Below the pieces are notes generated by a model that made no database searches, had not been told where the DNA came from, and saw only the letters and a list, made by a program, of their open reading frames with translations. This document shows, in pieces, positions 37,901 to 51,501 of a stretch of 64,000 nucleotides of DNA; the first letter of the stretch is position 1; every line of letters begins with the position of its first letter. Source of the stretch: Yuukianura sp. NJ FZ-2021 (Eukaryota); assembly GCA_046563655.1 (NCBI GenBank), contig CM102287.1, positions 7,192,001 through 7,256,000 of the forward strand, written 5' to 3'. The translations under genes and the position numbers were made by a program.

Positions 37901-39284
37901 GATCTCCGGATTGCGTCAAAAGCTCCTGCAAAAATCATGGTGGCTTCAGCACCCTGCGGAAGTTGCCGTCCGACCTGCTCTTTTAAATTGATCAATTTCA
38001 AATCTGTGTCAGATGGAGAGTAGTTTCCGTTAAGACCTTTGATTTCCACCTAAAATTACAAAGAAAATATCGCAAAACAATTTTTTTTAAAGAAATCGTG
38101 AAAGTCTTACGGCAACGTGATCAGCAGCAGCACCGTTCGAGAGTGATTTCAAAAAATTTCCTGAGCTTGTTCTTAATAAGCCTTTCGCTTCCGGTTGTGA
38201 AGTTTTTGTGCTGTTTCGTCTCAAGAAAGCGTCAGCAATGGAACGTTTTCGATACTTCGAATCCGAAATATTCTGAAAATGACAACTATGGTCGTGAATG
38301 CGGGATTATATTTTTTGAATATTTTTTTTAAGCTAATAACATTCTGTACATTCATATTGAGAGTAGATGATGTAGGTGTGTTAGTTGTATTTGATCGCCT
38401 GCGCCTGAACCAAATACCGGCTTCTGCTTCCTGGACTTGCTTGTGGTTGAGGAGGAGCATGCGCATGAGCAACGGACTGTCTTCGGCACGTATAAGCCCT
38501 TTCCCAGTCAGTTCCTCTGCGACTTTGCAAGCAATTCCAGGCATGTCCATTTCCTCAACGTCCAACATCACCAATCCTAAAAATCAAAGCAAACGAAATT
38601 CAGACGTGGCTAGAAGTGGACCTTGACCTTTGACCTCACCATCGCGTTCAATGAGTTGCTTCAGTTTAAACAACGAGTAGAAGCTAAGTGAGGCAACGTG
38701 TGGTTTGCCCCACCGCTGTGACCCTGCCTCCAAGTCCTCCTCGTACTTGATCCACCGAGCAGCTTGTTTCCATTCTTTGGAACTGATTTCTCCATCTCCG
38801 CTTAGAATTTGAAGTTCCACGAAACCGTAAACGAGCTAAAAATTATGGAAAACTCTCAAACAAATTCAAAATCGGAGTTTCAGAAAGTTACCTCAGGCTC
38901 CGGATCTGGTTTTGTGTTGGCTGCAGTATTAGACTGAATAGAAAATCGGCGAAGTGCGGAAGGTGGTTTCACTTTTTCTTCAGAAATTGGCGGTAGCATG
39001 GAATGTGCTGAAGCGGAATGAGTCAAATAATCGATTGTTTCAGCCCTACTGTTATTCCTGGTATCACAACTTTTCGGCACATCGAATCTGAAGTCAAAAA
39101 TAATATCGAAATCATAGTCCTGGCCTGCACAACTTACTGATTTTTATTTTCCTAATTTCTGAGTTATGAAAACATTATAATTTACAATAACATTAAATTA
39201 CCCATTGTCAGAACATGGCTGATCTTCATCCTCTTCACTAATTTGCAGAGGCAAGGTGTGGCCAATGGGTTTTTCCATTGGCAT
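34915..39284 (-). CDS. SLC4 family anion exchanger (AE2/band-3-like) paralog 2
   Basis: Same exon series as paralog 1, with open frames and GT-AG junctions. Starts MPMEKPIGHTLPLQISEEDED (homologous to MEKPPGHNLSLQIGGEDEE at 32329) and ends LDGEPAK*. Confidence 0.88.
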
Positions 39285-41377
39285 TAGTCTGTACTACGTT
39301 GTAGAATAGAATCTCTGTTATACTGTCTTACCAATGTTAGACTGAACTGTTTAGCGCTTCCCAATTACTTTTAGGCCGTAGCAATGACGCAACTGAATTT
39401 AAAATTAAACACATCTTTTAGAACAACGGACGGCAATAATGGACAGGCAGCACGCGCAAGGAAAGTGACCATGAGATGAATTGGGCTTTTCCAATGCAAC
39501 CTAGCAATGGAAACCTCACGTTTAACTGGAATCATCTTGTTGCTAACTTTATTAGACCAATCTGGAAACGTTTGGTGTAGCAAAGTAGGTGTGAGCGGTT
39601 ACGTCATAAGTTTCAATGCCGTGCCAATAGGCTTCACCCCAGTAGTCAGTGCCAAATGCAAATGAACGTTATGCCTCATGAAATTATGATTTTGAAAAAC
39701 GTTTAACGTTACACATCAAGGCGCACGCGAGTTAATTATCCTTAATTTTTTTTAATTGTGATTGTCCTAAGCACTAAGTAGTTAACTAGTAACACAAATT
39801 TAAGAAAAACGCTTTTCACGTTATGTTTTCACGCTGGTGTTTATTGCTTAACAAAATTTTGGCATTGTTAACCTCTGCGTGTACTTTCGACAAACAGAGC
39901 GTTGTCGAACTTAACCTGTTTCTAAATTTCTGAAACTTAAAAACGCCAATCTGAGCATCAAAATTTGAATGCGTCATTCCAGAAAGTAATGCATTCACTT
40001 TCCCAAGCATTCCAAGTTAATTTTGAAACTTAAATCGAATGTTTCTAGAGGCAGATGTGACCTACGGTTCATCTTCCAAGTAGTATCTACATCACCTGTG
40101 ACCTCCATCACACTCCGATTCCAAATCTGGAATTGAATAAACTCCGAACTAGAAAGTAGAAGTAGAAAGCGGAGGGAGTAACTATGCGATTCAGTCGTTT
40201 CGATCCATACCTTTTCATTTGTGAGAGAACAATGAGTTGTTCTTAATCTCAACTTTCAAGGTTTCCAGGAAGATTCCGGCATCTTCCAGTGTCATCTTCA
40301 AACCTATGCCATTTCTCGAAAAAAAATTTCAAGGTGCTCGCTTTAACACCTCCAATTTTTAGAGCTGTAGCTTCGCATGCAGCTTTCATATTTGTTTTCA
40401 AATCAGAAAATGAGACTCTCACTTCTCGTGTTTTGTTTAATTCTGGCTCTTTTAGAATAATTTGTTAAAACGCCCATATTTTTTTAACGTTGAAAAAATA
40501 CGAAATCACTAATCACTAGCGTAGCCGTGAATGGAAAGGTGAAGGATGAAATTGAATCTTGTTTAAACGTCAACAAAAACTTAATTGCTTTCTTTCCTGG
40601 TACACATAAAGGGTTGTTATGCACTAAATACTTTATACGGCGTAGAGAGGCTGCAAATATTGCATAATGGATCAATAAAAATCAACAAATCAATTTAGGT
40701 AGATGCTGAGTAAGAACACACACACGCTTACCTGTAAGATTCTTATTAGATTCATCAGTTTTATTTTATACCCTAAAACACAATTCATCAAAAATGGCGG
40801 GATCAAAGGTAACCATTTGTGCTTACAACATAGTTACTTAACTTAAGAAATTACGTTGAAGTGAACATTGAGATCATACAGTACATGTACATCATTTTTC
40901 ATTTGGTCCATTAAGCGTTAGTAGTTCTCCCACAGTTTCATTGACTATATACAGTTAGCTATAGCTAACTACTCATAGTAATAATTATTATTACGATCTG
41001 ATTAATTCTAAATTTAAGCTTTGGTTATTCAACTTAAGATTAAACTTAATTATTAATATTAATTAATTATTATAAATATTAAGTATTAGACTTAATTAAA
41101 CTTAAGATTAAATTGCTTTTGCTATAATAACACAACGAGCAAGCACCGCGAAGTTACAAATGTTCAGAAGCACCGCAGACATTGGCCAATGAGATTTGAA
41201 AGTCCACATTTTCCCTAAACATTCACGACGTTTCATCGGAGATCTAAGAATACAGCGGTAAAATTTATTTTGAACATGTCGAACGAGTAGGTGTGACCGT
41301 CCAAGGTCACACAATTGACAACATCAGGACACCGTGACTGTCTGAGATCAAGCAATTGACCATACGAGGAGACGGTT

Positions 41378-44300
41378 TTAGACGAAGGTACTATTGAGTT
41401 CATTTGTTCCCAACAGACGTTGAGTAGAAGCTGGACTGCCAGTGGTCGTCAATGTCGTAGTGGTTGAAAAACGGCGGTTTTTGGCCAAATGCGTCAGTGA
41501 CTGGGCGTATGTGTTTCCGTTATAGCCTCCTCCACTACCGCCCCCACCCAAAATTGTCATCGAAGTGGCGTCACTCGCGGAAGATTCGCGTTTCCGGAAA
41601 GTACTTCCAGCCGGAGTGTATAATCTTGAAACAGGAAAAAACAATTTCAATTGGAGTAAAAAAATTTTGGCAAAGTTCTTAGAATTTTGAAACCGGTGAT
41701 ATGCTAACTTTTTCTTTGATTTCATTATAAAAAATTAGGCATCGAATATAGTTCTTAGAAGTAGTGAAAATCTCAGATCGTAAAATCTCCGTAAAAGCCA
41801 CGTCTGATCCACTCTATATTGACTTTTTCCTGTGGGTAAAATCGAAATGAACTTGCTAGAAAGTTAGCCTTGTTGGTGAAAGCACTTCTTTTCCTATTTG
41901 CTTCGTTTTTTGTGTTTTCGTGACATTTTAGCTACACTGGTGCAAAGTAAATAAAGGTTTCTAGTAAAGCGATTATTTGTTTGGTCATCCTCATCTGCCG
42001 CGAAGCAGCGGAAAAACCTTTCTCTTTGGAATGGATTTAGTGAAGCAGAAGAAGAGAAAAGTTTTTTTGAAATGCTTTTTGTTAATTTCCTACCGCACAG
42101 GACTTTCACCACACTCAACAACAAATGGAAAGTCCACACCATCTTTGTGGTTTTCTACTTTGTAGAAAAAGAAGATCCGTCTTCCATTGTGTCCTTCATC
42201 CCTTTTTCAACCACTTCTATTATGACAAATTAATCAGACAAACTTAAGAGAAAACCATTCTTGTGGAACAACACAAAGGAGAAGAAAGTGTGAGTCTAAG
42301 GGATTTGGACTTTCTCTTGTTCAATCCTAAAAGAACAGGTTAGGTGTAGGTTGAGTTTTCTCATAATGCTATTACTTACCTAATACTTTCTGTTCGTGAC
42401 CTAGGTGACCAATCCCGCATTCCCTGCATCCCTGTTCTCCCTTCAAATTCACAGCCACAACAAGTGAAGCTTGGGCCCACGGTCCAACGGTTCCACCGAT
42501 GCCGAACTGCAACTCGAACTTCTCCATTGAAGAAACAATAGAGCAGTGCAACCAGAAAACCCTAAAACATGAAATTAAAAAGTGAATTGTTTCGAAAGTT
42601 TCTAATTTTGAAAATTCGACTGAATCCAAAACCCTCCATGAGTTCTACATCCCTTTGGTCACTTTTTCAAAATGTATGCTCTAAAACATACTAATACACT
42701 ATGCCAACATGAATTGGCCAGAAATTTTGAAGAATTTCAGGAATGTTTGTGCTGGAAAACTGTCAATCCACTTTATGTACTCTCGATTGACCTCAATCCT
42801 CAATTAAGTTCGGAGGAGTGACCACTTTCTGGTACAAATTAGGATTCAGTCATCTTAATCATCCCACTTCAAGCTTAGACTTCATCAACATTATAAGAAA
42901 AATTTCAGTAAAGACGGATACTTATCATCCGAAATCGATGTTTAGAAAGGGCTCTCAATTTCTGGGTTCAAGAACTTGACACCTTGAAGACCCATTTGCT
43001 TGTGCTCAAGGATAAACAATTAGACTGGAAATTTGAGACTGCGACTTTTCTTTGAGAGTAGGAAAATTATTGACTTTCACTTTAAGAAACTTTTTCTCAC
43101 GCTACTTACTATTACTTCTCGAAGTTCCCCAAGGTTATCTTCCCAAGATTCATAAAGTAAATTCACAGTCTCCGTGAAATGTCGAATGCACAAGAAAGTT
43201 ATCTGATTGAGCATGATCTTGGCTACGGACGACCTACTGCAATTTTCTCACTTGACGCCAAAAAGCTGCTAGCTAACCTACGCTTCCCATAACTTGACGT
43301 GCTGTAAGTTGCATGAAGCTGATTCCATGTAATTTGGGCAAATGTAAAAACGCCAGAGGTGAAAAGCTGTTTTTACATTATGGTCTTTTCACTTTTTGGC
43401 CAATTCACTTGCAGCACTAGCTCTTCTACCTTGACCTCGACGTACTGCAATTTCTATATCTCGGATAATGTCTATTTTAATATGCTACGTAGTTGCTTTA
43501 GTTGATACAACTTTAAGTCTAGCGTGTGACAAAGCAGATGACCTTTGACCTCAAGGTCAAATTATGTTACCTGTGTTGAAATGAGGAGAGCTCGAATGTA
43601 CTCGTAGACTGGATTGTTTTTGGATCCCATGAGAATGAGGACGTAGGTGATTCCTAGTAGTGGCATCAGGACAAGCAGGGCCTTCGCTGCTTTTCTGGAC
43701 TGTTGCGTCTCTGGATTCATCGCTGACCGTAGTTTCGTAATCAGAACCTTAAAATGAAGTTAAACTACGTTACAATATTGTTATTCCAATACAAACTGGT
43801 TTCTACTAAAAGCTTCTTATTACTGAATTGGAGCTGCTATCGCTCTAAAACCTTCTTCCTGGAAACGTTTTCAGCCCCGAAACGCTCTGGCTCGTGTTTG
43901 CACTTCCTGTTTATCATAGCTTTCACTCTCTTCTTGCTAACAAACTCTGTCTACTCGTTTTGTTGAAGAGCTGTGCGAGGGAGTCGAGTTAACTGGAGGG
44001 ATTAGGTGTCGTATTTTGCAAAAAAGGAAAAAGAAAGGAGGCTTTCTCCCATCGGAAGTGGTTGAAGCTGGATACCATGGTGAACTCAATCTTTAATGCA
44101 CTTTGCCTTTCTTCACATGTGGATTCAACCTAATGGAGCTGGATGGGGATTAGAATCGAAATAGAAAGGGATTTGCACAGCATGTTCTATTTTTCAAATT
44201 CACAGACGGAAATACAAAAAAAATTCTGTCCCTTTCAAATTTCTTCTGCAGCGTTGTTTTTTTTAGTTTCTTCAAAATCTGAATTTAAAATTCTCACATG

Positions 44301-47300
44301 AAAACAAGATCTCAAGGTCGCATGTGATTCTTGATTTAAGAGATTTTCTCTTCGTTTTTTTCTTGTATTTTTTTGAGCCGAAGTTGAATTTTGGAGAGTA
44401 ACGACATGGAAATTTTGGAAATCTGTGTAATGTGCATGTGATAGGGCAAAATTTGAGTAAAATTCGGAACAATTTTTGGAGAAATTTGGAGTAAGGAAAT
44501 CAATTCATCACGGTTCACTGAAGCGTTTTATGAAAATGTAAGCACTAAACTTTCCATTTTTAGCGTTTTCCTATGGCCTGGTGGCGCCGGTTATGGTGTG
44601 ATCCGAAGACGTATTTTTTCCTTACCCACATAATTTGAGAGAGGAAGGCAATGTTAGCTGCGAGGACGAGGATCACTGGTGTTTTGTAGATCCAGTCGTA
44701 GATGGTAACATTGAGCCAGAGGCAGGTTGGAGCTGTTGTTGAAAATTCTGGATCATTGATCTGTAACTCATGGGAAAACGTGCTCAATTGGATTAAAAAT
44801 TCAAACAACTTTCTATTTTCCCACAAAACTTTCTCTTGCACTCCAAAAGTTATAAAAATTTCTGAGACTTAAAAAATGGTTTTTCATATTTTTCTTCAAA
44901 TCCTCTTCTGAGAATTTTGTCTACGAGAGAAAACCATTAGCATTATCCACCATGGGAATGACAGAAGGAATGAAGACGTCTCAACCTATCAGCTTCTTTC
45001 GTATCACTGTCAACAGAAATCATGTTCCGCTTTAGTGGAACCACGGACCGCCACTTCAACTTTTCAAGAAGGAAGTCCGAAACTGAAAAATTCGTTTTGT
45101 GAATGTCATTCTCCAGTTTTTCAAAGTCATCAGACCAACTTTTTCCAAGTCCGAGATCATTTTAGTTTGAACTTGGTTGAGGTGTTCCTGGTGACAGGAG
45201 AAAGTCGACCAGAGACATGAATATTACAAAGTTAGAAATATGAATATGTTCCAGCACTTGAAACATGAATACAACGAAGATTTTAAAAGATTGGAAAAGT
45301 TTTGAAAAACGATATGAAAAACTGATGTAAGTTCTTTGAACAGCTTGAATTACTGACAAGTGAGTAATGTATACACTTTACGACCTAATGTAAAACGTAG
45401 ACTTAATAAGACATAACGCGGACAACTTGTTTTTAGGCCTCAGCTAAGTTAACCTCGTGTCTAGCGCAACTCCAAAATTTACGCGTTTTGACGAATTGAT
45501 ATTACAAGTGAATAAGAAGAAAACATGAATTGGTAAAACTTGAATTCTGAAATATTTTAAATGTAAACTTATGTTACTAAAATAATAATTTTTGCTGTAA
45601 TTTAAATATATTATTGGGCTTCAATGCACCAAAGGTAGGTGGGAGAATTGTTTTATCAACTGTTAGTGTACTGTTAGTGTTCATTGCGTTAATTAGAAAA
45701 CTAAGCGGCGTTGCAGACTTGCAAAACGTTTTTGTTCTTCGTTTACAGATAGAAATATGAATTTGTGCATCTTTCAGGTTGTATTTCAGCTATATTTGAG
45801 TTAACTGTTGATTGCTTTAATTCGATTTGACACTTACATTTGTTTCAACAGAAGCTTGAGTTATCCACTTTGCAATGGACCAGCCGAGAACCACCAGAAG
45901 TGGAATTCCTAGGTCAGAAGCACAACAGTTACTGAGGTTGATTTAATAAGTTTTAATTGAATAATATAATAAATTAATTAAATGTAAGAATGCATTTCTT
46001 AGTTTAAACTGTTTCAACATTTCTCATATTCTATGCCTTGAAGTCTGACGTTAATACGTTTAAGATCCACAATTTGTACTGCAAAAATAGTAAACTTACC
46101 CCATCCGATTAAGCAATAAATTCTCAGTTTGATGTTTTCGGCTATGAATGTTTGGACTACGAGTACGTAGAGGTATAGCCCTGCAAAACCAGTCAACAAA
46201 GAAAATTGAAAAAAGGTACAATTTTAAAGCAGATGGAAAAAAACAAACTCTTGGGAAAACACAATCATTACTTAAAGATTTGACAACTTTAGTTTTAGAA
46301 ATTAGTCATTTTTATATACTAGATATGTAAAAGTGCTTGAGGTCAAAATTCTGCGACAAAATTGCATTTCTTTGAAATTCTTTTTGAATTTTTCAGTTCA
46401 CTTTATGTGCCACGATTCACTTTAAAGCTCAAGCTGTAAACACCACTCTTTTTAGCTCATAAGTGCCCCCCTATGTACATTCAATGTCACGATTTTGGAT
46501 TTATTAACACTCGGAATCTTTTGAGGTCGTTTGCGAAGCATTTGGAAAAGATCTTTTGATCTTCACTAAATCTTAAATCCCCTGCCCCCGAAAATGATGT
46601 GTGCTAAAGGCATTGGTGAATTCAATTCAAAACAGTCGTGACTTCCATTACTCACAAATGATTAAGAAGTGAAGGAATTTCTTCCTAGAAATAACACATT
46701 CCAACACATACTTTTCTAAAGAGAAAGCATCTGACTTGGAATTGGAAAACAGTTATGTGTAAAAATGCTTTCACTCTCGTGCCAAGGAGAGAAAAAAGTT
46801 GAACGTGAAAATCATAAGCAAACAAAGGAGCAACGCAGAAGGGCCAGGATTATTTCCAACTTCAAAAACTGGGTTTTCAGTTTCCGTAATTTTGAAAACC
46901 AGAAGGAGACTTGGCCTTTTCGAGAAAAAAGACCGCAATCCGGAAAGCGTAGTGCAAAACGAGCAGAAAGTGTTGATCAAAACAACTGTGGTACTCTAAA
47001 TCCATATTTTGGACTTTGAAGTTGAAAAAAGACGAAGTTTAATTTCCAAGCCCAATCAAAAATATTTTCTAAAAGCAAATGCAGCTAAGGGGGATGAAAG
47101 GCCGAAAGAGAAAGAGAAGGGCGCGTTAAAGCTTTCATGGAAAACGGAATTAAAGCACTTTGAAGTCAAGGAGAAAGCAGTGGAGGAAAAAGTTTTTCCA
47201 AACGCTAAATCCAATGTTCCTAGAAGCCCTTACACTGCCAAGAGCACAAGAGCAGATAACCCCAGCATAACCTATCCTAAACCTAAGGTTTTCTATTACT

Positions 47301-50300
47301 TTTCCTTTAAAAAGCTTTCACCACTCCAAGTTCAAATCAAATTTTCCCGCTGGGATTTCACCGTAGCCAAACTCGGTCTTGTAAACATCCGTTTTAAAAG
47401 GATACATTTCACTTCTGTCATTACATCCTCCTTGTTTGTTATTTACAACCAATTTATATCGAACTTTCCCGCTTCTTTGTAGTAGAATTTAACCAAAAAA
47501 ATAGTTTTTCGAAATTTTAGATTTAAAATTTTGAAAAAAAAAAAATACAGAAAAAGTTTACTTGTGACGCATTTGGTTTTAATGAACCTAAAAGCCTCAT
47601 CCGTCCGAACTGAACAAATCAATTTTGTTACTCAATTTACGAAGAAGAGCTTTTCTGTTTTGTGCTTTCCTAGAGTAAAAGCACTAGGAAACGCGGAAAG
47701 TCTGAAATCAAATCTAGAAAGCTACTTAACGTTTGTTTCTATGGTAGGTTGGGTAAGGTTTATGTAAGGTTAGGTGCCTAACCTAAGAAACGCTTCCGTT
47801 AAATTGTGTTAAGACTCAAAACAGGAAACGGAAGAGCACGGGAGACTTAAGCTCTGCTTTTGTTCATTAGCGATGTCCTTGCTTCCGCTTACTCCCTAAT
47901 TCCAGTGTAACAAATCAACTCCAAAAGTTGGAGAAAGTCGACTTTTTAAAAAACTAATTCCTGGAACTCTCTAGTGACATTTGGAAGTGGAACGCGGAAT
48001 TTTAAAAAGAAAGTTCAACAGAAATTAAAACCTGGTGCTACGTGTGCTTGCTTAACCTAACTTAGCACTTTACCTTCGACGAACATCATGAAGAAGTTGG
48101 TGAGATGAGCGTAATGAAGGAGAATGAAAGTGACACAGGAGACATGACTCGAACTACTCGTATTGCCCTGTCACAAAAAGCGGGAATAAATTAGTTGCAA
48201 TTAGGTTCAATTGGGCTTGCAGTTCCTCGTGTGGGAAAAAAAACTTTCTTGGCCAGGTTTACTAAATGTTAAAGTCAAATGATAGACTAACATTTGGAAT
48301 GTTAGACTCAAATTTGCAGTTAGACTAAAATTTGGGAGGTTACTCACCTGGTAGCTAGTGAAATTCGTAATGATCCACAAAGCGTCGGACAGAATGTAGG
48401 TCAGGATAAGCTGGGTATGGATTTTATTCCGAAGGCAGCGCAGTTCTCTGTCAAAAAATAATGTCTATAATTTCAAAATTCCGATGTCAGTTCACTTTCA
48501 AAATTAGTGGTTCCAAAAACGTATTTTGAAAACGGGACACTCCTTTATTTCAACAATTCGAAAAGAAAAGATTCAATTTTCGAAAATAGTGACATCATGA
48601 TTTACTGTTTTTTGCTTTATGTGTGACTCAAATGCAGGCCCAAAAATCAATCTGTTTTTGATTCCAATAAAATTCGAAAGGAAAATATTACAAAATTAGT
48701 AAATGGTTTTCAGCTAAAGGCATTTTTCAAAATTCCCAAAATTCAAAACTTTACACACCAAATACGTGATTCACAAATTCTCTTTGGTTTCAGTTGGGTT
48801 TTGCTTCATTTGACTTTTGAATGTTCATGACCTTTGCTCTTTTGTGCTGTTTCGCGTGTTCGTTTCCTAGAATGGTTGAGTTACCATAACCTAATGTGTA
48901 CGAAATGAGTGAAATGAGCCGGAAGGGGTGAAAGTAGAGTGAAAGTTGACTTTACTTGAAGGAGACAAAGATGGAGAGGGCGATGATGAGGAAAAAGAGC
49001 GACAGAGCGTAGCCACCCAAGTACACACCAGTTGTAATATTGAGGTTACTGTCATCTGTTTGTCCGGAAGTGGGGAGAGGGAGGCATTCTGTGTAATCCG
49101 TTCGATTCTGCCAAGTCCCTCCGATGTCGCATCTCCTTCGAGCAGTTCCTGCAAAAATCCACAATCTTAAGTCTGAAGTGGAGCGGAGTATAAAAGGAAA
49201 AGTAGTAAAATTTTGCTATGAAAGTGAATTTTGAGCATCGTAGAGCGGCTGAAACTTGAAGTGTAGAACCTTTAGCTGTTATGTTCTTAAAATGGGCTTT
49301 CAACAAACATTGACTATGAGCTTGAAGACTCTTGTCAAAGTCAAATCCAAACGCACTTCATGACAAGTAGCTGCACTTGAGTTCAATCTCTACCAAACTG
49401 CAAAAGAGCTCTGCTTTCACTTTTACTGATTTTGTTCAATTTTTTTTTGAAAATGAAAAATCGACATTCTGCTACAAAAGCCAAAGCGACAACACAAAAA
49501 ACTTTGATTCTGAGCACCACCAGAAAACTTCTGCAAAAAAAAACGAGCTTCATTTTCAAAAAAAATTCTTTGAATGGGCTTAAATTTTTTACGCTAGTTT
49601 TAGGTGTACTCATGCCATCGTAGTTGTTCTTGTAGCGCAAAAGATTAATGTTCTAGGATTTGGAATTTTAAATTTGAAGAATAGTCAAAACCGAGCTAAC
49701 TGTTTCACAAAACGAACTTTTTCAACAAAAAAATATCCATTTTCAAGAAATTTTCGCCCTTTTTCAAAAATTCTGGCACTGGATTCTCTCCTTTTGTCAA
49801 TTTTTGGAACTTTTCTTGTAGGAACTCAAGAAAGCAACCAACTCCAAGGTTTTATAAAGTTATTTGAAATTCTAATTTGGGCATAAAGGGAATGCCTCCG
49901 TGGGAATCTCCTTGTCTATCATATTTATTACACAAAGGAATACGAATAACCTTATGAAGCAGTACGTAACTCTGGCGCAGAATATCTCCTTTGTATAAAT
50001 GTTATGAAGAAAGCAAATTTTGAACTACTTTGTTCTTTTGTAAGATTCCAAAAGTTTTTAACAAAAGCTGAGAGCCAAAAAAAATTCCTGCTACCTTTCC
50101 ACCCGCATAGGCTACAACGTCCTGGATGCAAATGCTTGCTCAAAGCTCTTCCAGGAACTTCCAATACGTTTTGTGGAAGTATCTGCTGGAAAGTGGAAGT
50201 GATGGGAATGGATGGGGTCAAAGGTGAGCACTTTCGTTTCGTGTCTAACTTAATATCAGATCCTAACATATCCCCTATGTCTGCTCCAGTCAACGAAGAT

Positions 50301-51501
50301 GAATCACTGCAGGGAACGAAAAACCAGAAAGAAAGTGTCCGCAACCTTTCCTTTGACCTTATCGACAACTCGAGAGTGGAGAAACTCTGCGTCCTATAAA
50401 ATCTGCAATTGAAGCATACAGTAGTAGTGCAACACATCCAAGAAAAAAAATCCGGATTGTGAAAAAGTGCTGGATTTGGAAAACCCGGAAAGTCAAGACA
50501 ACATAATCGGGAGTCGACAACTTTTACGCATCTCATGGATTTTCGAACAGTCTTTTTGGTAAACTGAACGATGAAGGTTAGGTTTGAAAAAATGCAAAAA
50601 CAGCATGAATGACGACAGGATGCGAGCGAACTGTGCATCAAATGTCATTTAATATTCGGATCACAAGAAAGGAAAAAGAAACAAACACTGTGCAAAAATT
50701 TTTAGAACACAAAAATGGATTTTCTTCGAAGTTCGTCTTTGCCAAAAACACTCATAACTTTAGCACATGAGAGAAAGAAAAAAGTAAAACACGATTGGTT
50801 TGACGCTTGACCTTGTGAGGAAAAGAGTTGAACTTTTTCTTGACACAAATCTGGTTTTTGTCTTATTACTAGAATTGTAACGTTTGTCTTAAATTTTTGG
50901 TTCTTTTTTTTACATAGCTTATTCAAAGTAAAAATTCAAATCCAAAACCAAAAGTAGAACAACTTAGCGTATTGCGGTGCGCATGGTCAATGAATTGGCA
51001 AATCCTGATTGATTGAAAATCAGGAGCTTAGTTCTGAGCAGTTTTGTTGCGATCATTAATCTTACCAGAAGTGTTGTAATGAATTCCATTTAAGTGGCTG
51101 AAGCAGGGCAGCAGGGCATCCTGCCCTGCCAGTGTCTCAGGCCAACACAAAATCCCATCCCAGTTCCGATGACAGACGACTTGGTCCTCTGCGTTGTCTC
51201 GCAACCTAATTGAATTCAAGTTCGAGTGCCTAGGGAACCTTGGCTGTTCATTTGTCACTGGTTCGAGTCCTGCTAGTTCCTCTGCTTCCCGCTTGAACGT
51301 CTCCTGCACATCGCTTGAATTGTACAAACAAGCCCACTCTTCCTCTGAAGTGATCTGGTACTTTGGAAATGCTTGGGCTGACAGCTCAGTTGGAGAATTA
51401 GATGGATCAAAGTTTTCGATTTCTGGCACTCGGCGTTTCAGAGGCATAACCTGTTGAGTGTTCTGCTGGAGAATGGAATGATCCTGATTCATGTTCATCA
51501 T
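41378..51501 (-). CDS. Dh44-R: Class B GPCR, CRF-like diuretic hormone (DH44) receptor paralog 2, complete (10 coding exons)
   Basis: Hormone-binding [134 protein letters not shown]. The start codon is uncertain (no clear signal peptide). Confidence 0.92.

Noticed and set aside
49952..50641. 229-aa minus-strand ORF (and overlapping 131-aa plus ORF) in a DH44R-2 intron
   Set aside because: No recognisable domain, non-ATG start for the long ORF, and intron-like composition.
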